Shown here in pieces: positions 38,737 through 49,363 of a stretch of 64,000 nt of DNA. Each line of letters opens with the position of its first letter. Within the stretch, counting starts at the first letter, position 1. The notes beneath the pieces are model-generated. The model saw only the letters and a list, made by a program, of their open reading frames with translations, was not told the DNA's origin and ran no database searches. Source of the stretch: Bacilli bacterium (GTDB taxonomy: Bacteria > Bacillota_I > Bacilli_A > RF39 > UBA660); contig JAFQES010000014.1 of the NCBI GenBank assembly GCA_017398945.1, positions 2,394-66,393 of the forward strand. The letters are read 5' to 3'. The translations under genes were made by a program, and so were the position numbers.

Positions 38737-38776
38737 TATAGACGTGTTAAAATAGATTAATGAAAGGAAACTTTTT

Positions 38777-39863
38777 ATGAACAAAGATAATTTAATTATT
38801 GAATTAGAAAATTATAAACAAAGAATTGAAGAATTAGGGAGGTCTCTTTGACTTATCCTCAAAATTAAAAGAAGTAGAAAGTTTAGAGTTAGAAGTTAAT
38901 AAAGATGATTTTTGGCAAGATATAACTAATGCTAACAGTATTAATAAAAGATTGGCAAACTTAAAAAAGGAAATCAATGATTATAATATTATTAGAAGTC
39001 AAGTGTTGGATGGTTTAGAATTGTTACAATCTAGTGATGATGAAGAGTTAATAGCTATAGTTATTGATGAAATGAATAGTTGGAAAGAAAGATTAGAAGA
39101 TTTAGAAAATTTAGCTTTTTTGAGTGGAGAGTTTGATTTATCTAATTGTTATTTAGAAATCCATCCAGGAGCTGGAGGTACAGAATCTTGTGATTGGGCT
39201 GCGATGTTGTATCGGATGTATACAAGATTTGCCGAAAAATATGGTTATGATTATGAAGTTGTTGATGAATTAAAAGGTGAAGAAGCAGGTATTAAAAGTG
39301 TTACTTTAAAAATAATTGGTGATAAAGCCTATGGCTATTTAAAACGCGAAAATGGTGTTCATCGCCTTGTAAGAATATCTCCATTTGATTCCAATAAAAG
39401 AAGACACACCTCATTTGCTTCTGTAACTGTAATCCCTGAAATTAATAAAGATATCAACATAGAAGTTAAAGAAACTGATATAAAAATAGATGTTTATCAT
39501 AGTAGTGGAGCGGGAGGACAATCAGTAAATACATCTAATTCAGCGGTAAGAATTACCCATTTGCCTACGAAAACAGTTGTTACCTGTCAAAATGAACGTA
39601 GTCAATTAAAGAATAAAGAACAAGCTATGAAACTTTTGAAAAATAAATTATATTTGTTAGAGTTAGAAAAACAAAATAGTGAGATTAATTCTTTAAAAGA
39701 TAATAGTGTTAGTATCAATTTTGGCAGTCAAATAAGAAGTTATGTTTTAGAACCATATAAATTGGTAAAAGACAATCGTAATAATTATGAAGATACTGAT
39801 CCAGAAAAGATATTAGATGGTGAAATATTAGAACTTATCAAATCTTTGTTGAAAGTTAAATAA
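38777..39863 (+). CDS. prfB: Peptide chain release factor 2 with programmed +1 frameshift
   Basis: ATG 38777..AGGGAGG-TCT-CTT-TGA-C at 38846-38852; SPF and GGQ motifs. Confidence 0.97.
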
Positions 39864-39895
39864 AAATGAGTAAAATATTACATTGAGGAATAATT

Positions 39896-41215
39896 ATGCA
39901 AAGTTGTAAGAAAATAATATTAGAAAATGTAAAAAAGGGATCAACTGTAATTGTATCTTGTTCGGGTGGTCCTGATTCAATGTGTTTGTTAAAAAATGTT
40001 ATCGATTTAAAAGATAAATTAGATTTAAAAATTATTGTTGGACATATTAATCATAATGTAAGAGAAGAGTCATTAGAAGAAGAGCTTTTTGTTAAAGATT
40101 ATGTTTTAAAAAATAATTTAATTTTTGAGAGCATGACTATCAAAAAATATACGAAGGAAAACTTCCATAATGAAGCTAGAATTATACGTTATGATTTTAT
40201 GAAAGATTTGATTAAAAAATATCAAGCTAGCTATTTGTTTACAGCTCATCATGGTGATGATTTAATGGAAACTATTTTGATGAGAATTGCTAGAGGAAGT
40301 AATTTAAAAGGATATGCCGGATTTAGAATGGTAATGCCTCAAGACAGATACGTTGTAATTCGTCCTTTGATATTAACTACTAAAGAAGAAATTATCAAAT
40401 ATAATAATGAAAATGGTATTTTGTTTGCTATTGATAAAACTAATGCTAGTGATGATTATACAAGAAATCGTTATCGTAATCATGTGTTACCTTTTTTAAA
40501 AGCCGAAAATAGTGATATTCATTTAAAATATTGGCTATATAGTGAAAGGTTAAATGAAAATAACGAATTTGTCGAAAAATATGTTCAAAATATTGAACAA
40601 AAAATAATTGTGGATAACAAGTTAATAATTAAAGGTTTTAGAAATTTGGAGCCACTAATTCAAAAAAGAATTATCGAAAATATGCTCTATAAAATTTATT
40701 TAGATGATTTATATACAATTGGTTTAAAACATGTTAGTATAATAATTGAGTTTATTTTAAAAAATAAAAATGGATCTTTAAATTTACCTGGTAATTATAT
40801 GGCGGTGTGTGAGTATGGCTATTTTTATATCAAAGTATTTAAAGAAAATAAAGAATATTGCTATGAAATAGAAAATGTTGTATATTTACCAAATAATTAT
40901 AAATTAAGTTTAACTAATGAAGTTGGTAATAGCAATTATTATTTAAAATTAAATTCTAAAGAAGTTAAACTTCCCTTATATGTGCGTAATAAAAAAGAGG
41001 GCGATAAAATAGAGGTAAAACATTTAAATGGAACTCAAAAAGTAAAGAAAATTTTTATTGATTATAAGATTAATAAAGATAATAGAGTTAGTTGGCCAAT
41101 TGTAGTTGACAGTAGTGATACGCTTTTATGGGTTCCAGGACTTAAAAAGTCAAAATTTGATAAAGAAAATAATGAAATATATGATATAATAATAAAGTAC
41201 GAGGAGGAAAAATAA
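39896..41215 (+). CDS. tilS: tRNA(Ile)-lysidine synthase
   Basis: [26 protein letters not shown]. Confidence 0.95.
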   Translation: MQSCKKIILENVKKGSTVIVSCSGGPDSMCLLKNVIDLKDKLDLKIIVGHINHNVREESLEEELFVKDYVLKNNLIFESMTIKKYTKENFHNEARIIRYDFMKDLIKKYQASYLFTAHHGDDLMETILMRIARGSNLKGYAGFRMVMPQDRYVVIRPLILTTKEEIIKYNNENGILFAIDKTNASDDYTRNRYRNHVLPFLKAENSDIHLKYWLYSERLNENNEFVEKYVQNIEQKIIVDNKLIIKGFRNLEPLIQKRIIENMLYKIYLDDLYTIGLKHVSIIIEFILKNKNGSLNLPGNYMAVCEYGYFYIKVFKENKEYCYEIENVVYLPNNYKLSLTNEVGNSNYYLKLNSKEVKLPLYVRNKKEGDKIEVKHLNGTQKVKKIFIDYKINKDNRVSWPIVVDSSDTLLWVPGLKKSKFDKENNEIYDIIIKYEEEK

Positions 41216-43185
41216 TGAATAACAAAAATCAAGGATATTTAAAAAATTCATTTCCATATTTAATATTAATGTTCATAGTTGTAGGAACTTTACTATTATT
41301 AAATTTATCTGGAAATAAAGTTAATGAATTATCAACAGGTGATTTATTAAAAGAAATAAAAAATCAAACTGTTACAGAAATTACTGTAACACCAAAAAGT
41401 AGCGAAAGTGTTTATTATATTGAAGGTAAGTTAAAAGATTATAAAGAAAATGAATCTTTTAAAACTAAAGTTGTTGAAGCTGAACTTAATTCAATTATAG
41501 AATATGCTGATGCTAATGAATTAAAAGTATATGAAACAGAAAGTGATCCAGGAAGTAGTGCGTTTTTATATATTTTAGTTAATGTATTACCATTTGTTTT
41601 AATGATTGTAGCTTGCTATTTCTTTTTGGCCAAGATTTCAAATACTAATAAAGGTAGTATGGATTTTGGAAGAAGTAGAGCTAAGCTTAGTGATGGTAAT
41701 TTTAAAGTTAAATTTAAAGATGTTGCTGGATTGAAAGAAGAAAAAGAAGAAGTTGCAGAACTTATTGATTTCTTAAAAAGCCCAAAGAAATTTCAAAAGT
41801 TGGGTGCTAGAATTCCAAAGGGAGTTTTATTAGTAGGACCTCCAGGAACGGGTAAAACATTACTTGCTAAGGCTGTTGCTGGAGAAGCTAATGTACCTTT
41901 CTTCTATATCAGTGGTTCTGATTTTGTTGAATTATTTGTTGGTGTAGGAGCAAGCCGTGTACGTGATATGTTCAAAGAAGCTAAAAGAAACGCACCTTGT
42001 CTAATTTTTATCGATGAAATTGATGCTGTAGGACGTCAAAGAGGTACTGGTTTAGGCGGAGGGCACGATGAACGTGAACAAACATTAAATCAGTTATTAA
42101 CAGAAATGGATGGATTTGGAGCTAATGAAGGTATTATAATTATTGCTGCGACAAATAGACCTGATGTATTAGATCCAGCTTTACTTCGTCCAGGAAGATT
42201 CGATCGTCAAGTTACAGTTAGTCTTCCGGATTCGAAAGAAAGAGAAGCAATTTTAAAAGTTCATGCTAGAAATAAAGTTTTAGCTAAAGAAGTAAACTTA
42301 ACTAATGTTAGTAAACGTACTCCAGGATTTAGTGGAGCAGATTTAGAAAACTTATTGAATGAAGCTGCCTTACTAGCTGTAAGAAGAAATAAAGAGGCTA
42401 TTTCAATTGATGAAATTGATGAAGCTACTGATAGGGTATTAATGGGACCTGCTAAAACTAGTCGTAAGATTACCGAAAAGGAAAAACGTTTAGTTAGTAT
42501 TCATGAAGCAGGCCATGCTGTAATTGGATTAAAATTAGAGCACGCTAATGAAGTTCATAAAATAACTATCATTCCTCGCGGAGTTGCTGGTGGTTATACA
42601 ATGATGTTACCTAAAGAAGAAAAAATAGGTATTATGACTAAGAATGAATTAGAAGCAGCTATAGTAGGTTTATTAGGTGGCCGTGTAAGTGAAGAATTAT
42701 TTTTAAAGGAACTTACTACAGGTGCATCAGATGACTTTAAACGAGCTACAAATATAGCTAGAAGTATGGTTACAGAATATGGTATGAGTGATTTAGGGCC
42801 AATGCAATATGAACAAAAAAGTGAAGGAGTATTCTTAGGTAGAGATTATGCTAAGAGTAAAAATTTCTCTGATCATGTAGCTCATGAAATTGATCAACAA
42901 ACTCGTAAAATTATTGAAGATTGTTATGCTAAAGCTAAAAAGATAATTAAAGAAAATGAGGATTTGGTTAAATTGTTAAGTGATTCTTTAATGGAAAATG
43001 AGACTTTAACAAAAGAACAAATTGAATGCTTAGTTAAAACGGGAAAAATAACAGAAGATATTGATGATGTTGATTTAAAGGATTTAAGAAGTAAAGCAAA
43101 AGAATTAAAGATTAAAGGTTATACTAAAATGTCTAAAGAAGAACTTGATGCTGAAATAACTAATTTAGAAGAAAAAGGTGAATAG
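41215..43185 (+). CDS. ftsH: ATP-dependent Zn metalloprotease FtsH with C-terminal Rho_N-like extension
   Basis: [20 protein letters not shown]; tail [24 protein letters not shown]. Confidence 0.97.
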   Translation: MNNKNQGYLKNSFPYLILMFIVVGTLLLLNLSGNKVNELSTGDLLKEIKNQTVTEITVTPKSSESVYYIEGKLKDYKENESFKTKVVEAELNSIIEYADANELKVYETESDPGSSAFLYILVNVLPFVLMIVACYFFLAKISNTNKGSMDFGRSRAKLSDGNFKVKFKDVAGLKEEKEEVAELIDFLKSPKKFQKLGARIPKGVLLVGPPGTGKTLLAKAVAGEANVPFFYISGSDFVELFVGVGASRVRDMFKEAKRNAPCLIFIDEIDAVGRQRGTGLGGGHDEREQTLNQLLTEMDGFGANEGIIIIAATNRPDVLDPALLRPGRFDRQVTVSLPDSKEREAILKVHARNKVLAKEVNLTNVSKRTPGFSGADLENLLNEAALLAVRRNKEAISIDEIDEATDRVLMGPAKTSRKITEKEKRLVSIHEAGHAVIGLKLEHANEVHKITIIPRGVAGGYTMMLPKEEKIGIMTKNELEAAIVGLLGGRVSEELFLKELTTGASDDFKRATNIARSMVTEYGMSDLGPMQYEQKSEGVFLGRDYAKSKNFSDHVAHEIDQQTRKIIEDCYAKAKKIIKENEDLVKLLSDSLMENETLTKEQIECLVKTGKITEDIDDVDLKDLRSKAKELKIKGYTKMSKEELDAEITNLEEKGE

Positions 43186-43197
43186 TCACCTTTTTTT
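43172..43197 (+). terminator. ftsH terminator
   Basis: AAAAAGGTGA-atag-TCACCTTTTTTT. Confidence 0.8.
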
Positions 43198-43213
43198 GTG
43201 GGTTAATTTTAAC

Positions 43214-43237
43214 AAAAAAAATAGCCTTTTGGCTATT
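43214..43237 (-). terminator. Terminator of the WXG100 operon
   Basis: AATAGCC-tttt-GGCTATT with an A-run on its left (U-tail on the minus strand). Confidence 0.75.
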
Positions 43238-43619
43238 AATTTTGTCCATCTAAAATGGCTTTAACACTTTTACAATAATCAGCTAATAGTTTATCAATGC
43301 ATTCTTCTTCTAAGGAAGATAAAGTACCTTCTTTTAGATCAATTCCCTTTTGTTTAGCTGATATTTCAATGCTACCGCCTGATGCTTTATAATAATCTTT
43401 TACCATGCATTGTAATAATTTAATATGTGTTCTTGTTAAAACTCCTGGCTCTTCTGTTTGGTCAACGTTTTTTAATATTTCTTCAGTAGAAGGCATTTTT
43501 AATTTTGCTAAATAATCATTTATCATTCTTTGTAACATATAATTAGTTTGTTTATCATTGGTCATTGTAGCAATTTTTTCAAAAGTTTCATCACTATTTA
43601 ATATATTGTCAGTTCCCAT
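43236..43619 (-). CDS. Small acidic helical hypothetical protein (candidate immunity/chaperone)
   Basis: AAGGAG RBS; last gene of the WXG100 operon. Confidence 0.65.
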   Translation of the reverse strand: MGTDNILNSDETFEKIATMTNDKQTNYMLQRMINDYLAKLKMPSTEEILKNVDQTEEPGVLTRTHIKLLQCMVKDYYKASGGSIEISAKQKGIDLKEGTLSSLEEECIDKLLADYCKSVKAILDGQN

Positions 43620-43639
43620 TATTATTCTCCTTTACTAAA

Positions 43640-44353
43640 TTAACTATTTAAGAATCCTGCTAGTTCTGAAAGTCCATTACCAAAAGCGTTAAAAATTGTA
43701 CTTATTGTTGTACTTGAACTATTATCACCAGCATATCCAAATAACGTTTTAATAGTACCTACAGCTTGGTTAGTAACATCAGCACCGATTTCTGATAGGT
43801 TTTTTCCTGTTGTACTTTTTATATATGTTCCAGTATTTCCAAACATTTTTGCAGTTTCGCCAACTATGGTTCTTGTTGCTCCAGAAATATTTAGTGCTGA
43901 AGATTTTATATCATTTATATAACTTGAAGTGTCATATGATCCTTGTTTAGCTTGTGAATTAACTCCTTCATTGATTTGTGTTACAACTCCTTTTACTGTT
44001 GCTCCCCATGCTGTAATTTCTTGATTCATTTGGCTATCAGCTGAAAGGAATGCTTGTGCGACATTTATCAGGAATCCTCCTAAGTTTGTAATGCTTGTTT
44101 GATATTTTTCTAAATATCCTTTAATATCGTCCATGCCTGTTATTAAAGCAGTACCGGCTTCGCTATCAAATCCGGCATTATTATGAAGGTCTTTAACGGT
44201 GTTATATATTATAGTTAGAGAATCCATAATAGCATTAGCGATTACTTTTGTATTTTCTCCTAATTGCTCCATAGCTGCAGTATCAACTAAAGTGCCATCA
44301 CCAGCAGCTTCAGCTAATAATTGGATGTTTAATTTTAATAAATTTTCTTTCAT
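43640..44353 (-). CDS. WXG100-like domain protein with N-terminal LKLNIQLLA leader and amphipathic G/A/S/T-rich C-terminal extension
   Basis: VDTAAMEQLG...helix-GFDSEAG-helix...FL..VAQAFLSAD (Y/FxxxD signal). Confidence 0.65.
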   Translation of the reverse strand: MKENLLKLNIQLLAEAAGDGTLVDTAAMEQLGENTKVIANAIMDSLTIIYNTVKDLHNNAGFDSEAGTALITGMDDIKGYLEKYQTSITNLGGFLINVAQAFLSADSQMNQEITAWGATVKGVVTQINEGVNSQAKQGSYDTSSYINDIKSSALNISGATRTIVGETAKMFGNTGTYIKSTTGKNLSEIGADVTNQAVGTIKTLFGYAGDNSSSTTISTIFNAFGNGLSELAGFLNS

Positions 44354-44646
44354 TATAAATTACCTCCGTTTTGAGCTGCGTTTTGACTGTTAGTATCAAT
44401 ACTATTAGCACATTTGTCTAGAATATTTGCTAAATTATCCATTTGTTCAACTAATTTAGCTACATTTAATTTTTTTTCTTCAACTTTTTGAATATATTTG
44501 CTGGTAGAGCTATCTTTCCAAGAAGATTGAACATTAGTACAAAGTTCATTCAGCTTTGTTATATTACCATTAATATTTGCTATTTCGGTTCTAATAGTAC
44601 TAGCAGCACTTCTTATTTTTGAACTGTTATATTTTAAAGTTGCCAT
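44353..44646 (-). CDS. WXG100/ESAT-6 family protein (WxD variant)
   Basis: 97 aa; LKYNSSKIRSAASTI..central SSWKD..LANILDKCAN. Confidence 0.75.
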   Translation of the reverse strand: MATLKYNSSKIRSAASTIRTEIANINGNITKLNELCTNVQSSWKDSSTSKYIQKVEEKKLNVAKLVEQMDNLANILDKCANSIDTNSQNAAQNGGNL

Positions 44647-44826
44647 TTTTCATTTTCCCTTCTACTATTATATTCATATGTATAATAACATTTTGGTAAC
44701 TATTTAGCAATATTTTTTGAATTAAAAATTTAAAAAACTAAAAAAGTAAAAATTAGTAAAGACAAAACATTTTTATTATGTTAAAATAATTTTGACATTA
44801 GATTGAGTAATAAGAGGTGGCTATAT

Positions 44827-45612
44827 ATGGCAAAAGTAATTTCGTTAGTAAATCAAAAGGGTGGAGTTGGTAAAACTACTACCAGTATAAATTTAGCTGC
44901 CGCTTTGGGTAAAGAGGGAAAAAAGACTCTTTTGGTGGATCTTGATCCTCAAAGAAATGCTACTACTGGTTTAGGTTTTAGTAACGGAGATTATAAACAT
45001 GATGTTTATGAAGTTATGACTGGTAGATGTGAAATAACTGAGGCTATCGTAAAAACAAAATTTACGAATTTATCTATTTTGCCTTCTACAATTAATTTAG
45101 CGGGAGTAGATGTTGAATTTGTTAAAAATATGTTAGATAATACAGAATTTAAACAAAATGAACAATTAAAGCTAGCTATAGATCAAATCCGTAGTAAATT
45201 TGATTATGTTATTATAGATTGTCAACCTGCTTTGGGAATGGCTACAATGAATGCTTTAGTTGCATCAGATTCAGTTATTATTCCTGTGCAATGTGAATTT
45301 TTTGCATTAGAAGGAATCACTCAACTTTTAAATTCAATAATTATGGTTCAAACAAGTTTAAATCCAAATCTTCGAATTGAAGGAGTTTTGCTAACTATGT
45401 TAGATGGTAGAACTAATATTGGTTTAGAAGTTATTGAAGAAGTAAGAAAATATTTTAAAGATAAGGTATTTAATACATTAATACCAAGATTAGTAAGGTT
45501 AGTAGAAGCTCCTTCTCATGGAAAACCAATTAATGAATATGATCCAACTAGTAGAGCGACACTAGCATATGCTAATTTAGCAAAGGAAGTGATAAGTCGC
45601 GATGGAAACTAA
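44827..45612 (+). CDS. soj: Chromosome partitioning ATPase Soj/ParA
   Basis: NQKGGVGKTT, IIDC.P, IPVQCEFFALEG, LVEAPSHG. Confidence 0.95.
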   Translation: MAKVISLVNQKGGVGKTTTSINLAAALGKEGKKTLLVDLDPQRNATTGLGFSNGDYKHDVYEVMTGRCEITEAIVKTKFTNLSILPSTINLAGVDVEFVKNMLDNTEFKQNEQLKLAIDQIRSKFDYVIIDCQPALGMATMNALVASDSVIIPVQCEFFALEGITQLLNSIIMVQTSLNPNLRIEGVLLTMLDGRTNIGLEVIEEVRKYFKDKVFNTLIPRLVRLVEAPSHGKPINEYDPTSRATLAYANLAKEVISRDGN

Positions 45613-46489
45613 GAAAAAAGCATTAGGGAAAGGTTTAGAACAATTATTTTCTAATTCCGTAATTGATTTTAATAATTTTGAGAAAGAAGTTACAGAGGAA
45701 GCTCAAAATAATGGTGATGTTACAGAAATTGAATTAGGTAAAATAATAAGTAATCCTTATCAACCGAGAAAAGTTTTTGATGAAGAAGCTTTAGAAGAAT
45801 TAGCTGCATCAATTAAAGAGTATGGAATAGTTCAACCTATTATTGTTAAGAAAAGTGTTTCAGGGTATGAATTGGTTGCAGGAGAACGCCGTACAAAAGC
45901 AGCTAGGCTTGCTGGTTTAAAAACTATTCCAGCAATTATAAAAGAATTTAATGATCAAGAAATGATGGAGATAGCTTTAATTGAAAATATTCAAAGAGAA
46001 AATTTAAATCCGATTGAGGAAGCTATTAGTTACGAAAATATTATTAAATTGCGTGGATATACTCAAGAAGAATTTGCTAAGAAATTTGGTAAAAGCAGAA
46101 GCCATGTAACCAATTTATTAGGATTATTATCTCTATCAGAAAAAGTAAAAGAAATGGTTGCTAAAAAACAACTTACAATGGGACATGCTAGAGCTTTAAG
46201 TAAAGTAGCTGACGAAGAAAAGGTTATTGAATTAGCTAACAAAATAGTTAACGAAGGCTTGAGTGTAAGAGAAATTGAGAAAATTTTAACTAATCAAGAT
46301 ATGCCAAAAAGAAATAAAATAAAGACTAAAGAAGTAGATTATCATTATACAATGTATGAAAATATTTTAAGAGAGAAAATTGGGACAAAAGTTAAAATTG
46401 CCAAAAACAAAGTGGAAATACCGTTTGATTCTCTAAAAGATTTAGAAAGAATATTGGAAATTATAAATATAGATTTAGATAATGATTAA
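45602..46489 (+). CDS. spo0J: ParB/Spo0J
   Basis: LGKGL, NPYQPRK.F, AGERR, ALIENIQRENLNPIEEA. Confidence 0.95.
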   Translation: METKKKALGKGLEQLFSNSVIDFNNFEKEVTEEAQNNGDVTEIELGKIISNPYQPRKVFDEEALEELAASIKEYGIVQPIIVKKSVSGYELVAGERRTKAARLAGLKTIPAIIKEFNDQEMMEIALIENIQRENLNPIEEAISYENIIKLRGYTQEEFAKKFGKSRSHVTNLLGLLSLSEKVKEMVAKKQLTMGHARALSKVADEEKVIELANKIVNEGLSVREIEKILTNQDMPKRNKIKTKEVDYHYTMYENILREKIGTKVKIAKNKVEIPFDSLKDLERILEIINIDLDND

Positions 46490-46503
46490 TTATAGGGGAT
46501 ATA

Positions 46504-46695
46504 ATGGAAAAGAAATATAAATTAAATGATCAAGTGATTTTAAAAAAACCACACGCTTGTAAAACAAATCTATGGACAATAATCAGATTAGGTGTAGATA
46601 TAAAATTAAAATGTGTAGGTTGTAATCATGAAGTTATGTTAGATAGATTAGTTTTCGAAAAAAAATTAAAGAAAATTGTTGGAGATGACAAATGA
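46504..46695 (+). CDS. DUF951 (YyzM-like) protein
   Basis: LKKPHAC..N.W.I.RLGVDIKLKC.GC. Confidence 0.9.
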   Translation: MEKKYKLNDQVILKKPHACKTNLWTIIRLGVDIKLKCVGCNHEVMLDRLVFEKKLKKIVGDDK

Positions 46696-48233
46696 AAAAA
46701 AGTTTAAAAGAAAGAATGACTCTTCATCCGATAATGACAATACTTATAATGGTTTTAATTACAATTGTTTTAAGCGGTTTTTTATCATTCTTAGGGATTA
46801 GTTCGACTTATAATACAATTAATGAGGGGATTTTAGATTATAGTCCGGTGACTATATCTGTTAAATCCTTATTTAGTTTAAGCGGACTTAAATATATTTT
46901 TACGAATACTGTTAAGAATTTTGTTAATTTTGTGCCTTTAAGTAGTTTGATTATTATCTTAATTGGTATAGGAGTTATGGAGAAGAGTGGTTTTTTAAAG
47001 ACTGCTATAACCTTATTAACAAAAAAAGCAAAGAAAAATACGGTTACATATTTTATTGTTTTAATTTCAATGATTGCAAGTATCGTAGGAGATTTATCTT
47101 ACGTTGTATTAATTCCAATTAGTGCATTAATATTCTTGTATGGAAAAAGGAATCCAAGTTTAGGTATAATTGCATCATTTGCGGGTCTTACATGTGGTTC
47201 AGGGCTCAGTATTTTAATAACTAGTATTGATAGTTCGATGTTATCACTAACAGCTTTAGCTGCTTCAGTTATTGATAAAAGTTATTCTATTTCCAATTTT
47301 AGTTTTTTAGTAATTATGTTGTTTGCAATAATTATTTTGTCTTTTGTTATAACTAAAATAACCGAAGAACACATTGCAAAAAAACTACCTAAATATGAAT
47401 TTGAGGAAAGTTCTTTAGAAGAGGATATATCAATCGGAAAAAAAGAATTACGAGGTTTAGTTATTAGTTTAGGAATGGGGATTATTTATTTATTAATCTT
47501 TATTTATAATATAATTCCTGGACTTCCTTTTTCAGGTAATTTATTAGATTATAGTCAAAATTTCTATATTGATAAACTTTTTAGTTATAATTCATTTTTT
47601 AGTAATGGATTCGTCTTTATTGTGACAATGCTTTTTATAATTTTAGGTTTGTTTTATGGAATTGGAGCAAAAACAATAAAGAACAATAAAGACTTTTGCG
47701 AAGATTTAGGTCATTCTTTAGATGGCGTAGGAAATATTATGGTGTTAATTTTCTTTGCTTCTCTCTTTATAAGTGTTTTTAAATATACGCAAATTGGTAC
47801 TTTGATAGTTAGTGCTTTAACAAGTATATTAAGTTCTTTTGAATTAACAGCGTTTCCAGCAATTATAGTACTATTTATTATAGCAGCTCTATCAACAATT
47901 TTTGTACCGTCATCATTATCAAGTTGGAGTATTACTTCAGGCGTGGCGGTGCCAGTTTTAATGAATAGCGGGATTAGTCCAGCATTTACGCAGGTGATTT
48001 ATCGCTTTGGAGAGTGTATGACATTAGGTTTAACTCCATTGTTTGCATATTTTGTTATTTATTTAGCATTTTTAGAAAAATATAATCAAAAGAAAAAACC
48101 AATAAGTTTATTTACAACTTTAAAATATCAATTACCATATGCTTTGGCGGCTGGAGCTATACTATTAATTTTATTAATTATATGGTTTATAATTGGGGCA
48201 CCAATAGGTATTGGAGCTTATCCAAAAATTTAG
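46692..48233 (+). CDS. AbgT family transporter
   Basis: HP, VKSL.S.SG, NFVNF.PL, G.GV.EKSG, YR.GE..T...TPL, PIG. Confidence 0.85.
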   Translation: MKKSLKERMTLHPIMTILIMVLITIVLSGFLSFLGISSTYNTINEGILDYSPVTISVKSLFSLSGLKYIFTNTVKNFVNFVPLSSLIIILIGIGVMEKSGFLKTAITLLTKKAKKNTVTYFIVLISMIASIVGDLSYVVLIPISALIFLYGKRNPSLGIIASFAGLTCGSGLSILITSIDSSMLSLTALAASVIDKSYSISNFSFLVIMLFAIIILSFVITKITEEHIAKKLPKYEFEESSLEEDISIGKKELRGLVISLGMGIIYLLIFIYNIIPGLPFSGNLLDYSQNFYIDKLFSYNSFFSNGFVFIVTMLFIILGLFYGIGAKTIKNNKDFCEDLGHSLDGVGNIMVLIFFASLFISVFKYTQIGTLIVSALTSILSSFELTAFPAIIVLFIIAALSTIFVPSSLSSWSITSGVAVPVLMNSGISPAFTQVIYRFGECMTLGLTPLFAYFVIYLAFLEKYNQKKKPISLFTTLKYQLPYALAAGAILLILLIIWFIIGAPIGIGAYPKI

Positions 48234-48249
48234 AAAGCGGGGGATTTAG

Positions 48250-49350
48250 ATGGCTTTAAAAGCAGGAATTGTTGGACTTCCTAATGTTGGTAAGTCAACA
48301 CTATTTAATGCAATTACGAAAAAAAATATTTTAGCAGCTAACTATCCATTTGCAACAATTGATCCTAATGTGGGGATGGTTACTGTTCCAGATTCAAGAT
48401 TACAATTTTTAGAAGATTTATATATTCCTGAGAGTACTGTTCCAACATCATTTGAATTTACTGATATAGCCGGATTAGTAAAAGGAGCTTCTCGTGGTGA
48501 AGGACTAGGAAATAAATTTCTATCTCACATTAGAGAAGTAGATGCTATTGTAGAAGTAGTTAGATGTTTTGATGATGTTAATATTACTCATGTTGAAGGA
48601 AAAACAGATCCAATTAGAGATATCGAGATAATTAATTTAGAACTTATCTTTGCTGATTTAGAAATAGTTGAAAATAGACTTTCTAAAATTGAAAAGAAAG
48701 CCCAAACAACTAAAGATAAAGAGAGTTTAATTGAAGTAAGTGCTCTATCAAAGAGTAAGGAAGCTTTGATGGCAAGTAAGCCGCTTCGTTATGTTGATTA
48801 TACCGATGAAGAAAAAGCAAGCATAAAAGCTTTTAACTTCATTACTTTAAAACCATTAATTTATTTAGCAAATGTTGATGAAGAAAGTTTTATTCATGGG
48901 GAAAATGAGTATACTAAAAAAGTAAGTGAATATGCAGAGGCTGAAAATTCTGGGGTAGTTGTAATGTGTGCTAAGCTAGAAAGTGAATTATCAGAAATGA
49001 ATATTGATGATAAGAAACAACTATTGAGTGAATTAGGAGTAAACTCTAGTGGAATGGATAGATTGATCTTCCAAACATATAATTTATTAGGACTAGCAAC
49101 GTTTTTTACTGCTGGTCCGAAAGAAGTTAGAGCGTGGACATTTAGAAAAAATATGAAGGCTAAAGAATGTGCGGGAATTATTCACAGTGATATTGAACGA
49201 GGATTTATTAAAGCTGAAGTAATGAAATTTGATGATCTTGAAACTTATAAAGATGAGAAAAAAGTTCAAGAAAATGGTAAATTAAGATTAGAAGGAAAAG
49301 ATTATATTATGCAAGACGGTGATATAGTTTATTTCCGTTTTAATGTTTAG
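48250..49350 (+). CDS. ychF: Redox-regulated ATPase YchF
   Basis: GLPNVGKST, ANYPFATIDPN, DIAGLVKGAS.GEGLGNKFL, FRFNV. Confidence 0.97.
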   Translation: MALKAGIVGLPNVGKSTLFNAITKKNILAANYPFATIDPNVGMVTVPDSRLQFLEDLYIPESTVPTSFEFTDIAGLVKGASRGEGLGNKFLSHIREVDAIVEVVRCFDDVNITHVEGKTDPIRDIEIINLELIFADLEIVENRLSKIEKKAQTTKDKESLIEVSALSKSKEALMASKPLRYVDYTDEEKASIKAFNFITLKPLIYLANVDEESFIHGENEYTKKVSEYAEAENSGVVVMCAKLESELSEMNIDDKKQLLSELGVNSSGMDRLIFQTYNLLGLATFFTAGPKEVRAWTFRKNMKAKECAGIIHSDIERGFIKAEVMKFDDLETYKDEKKVQENGKLRLEGKDYIMQDGDIVYFRFNV

Positions 49351-49363
49351 AAAGGAGTAAAGA

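Noticed and set aside
44647-46500. parS sites near soj/spo0J
   Set aside because: No TGTTNCACGTGAAACA-like palindrome found by eye
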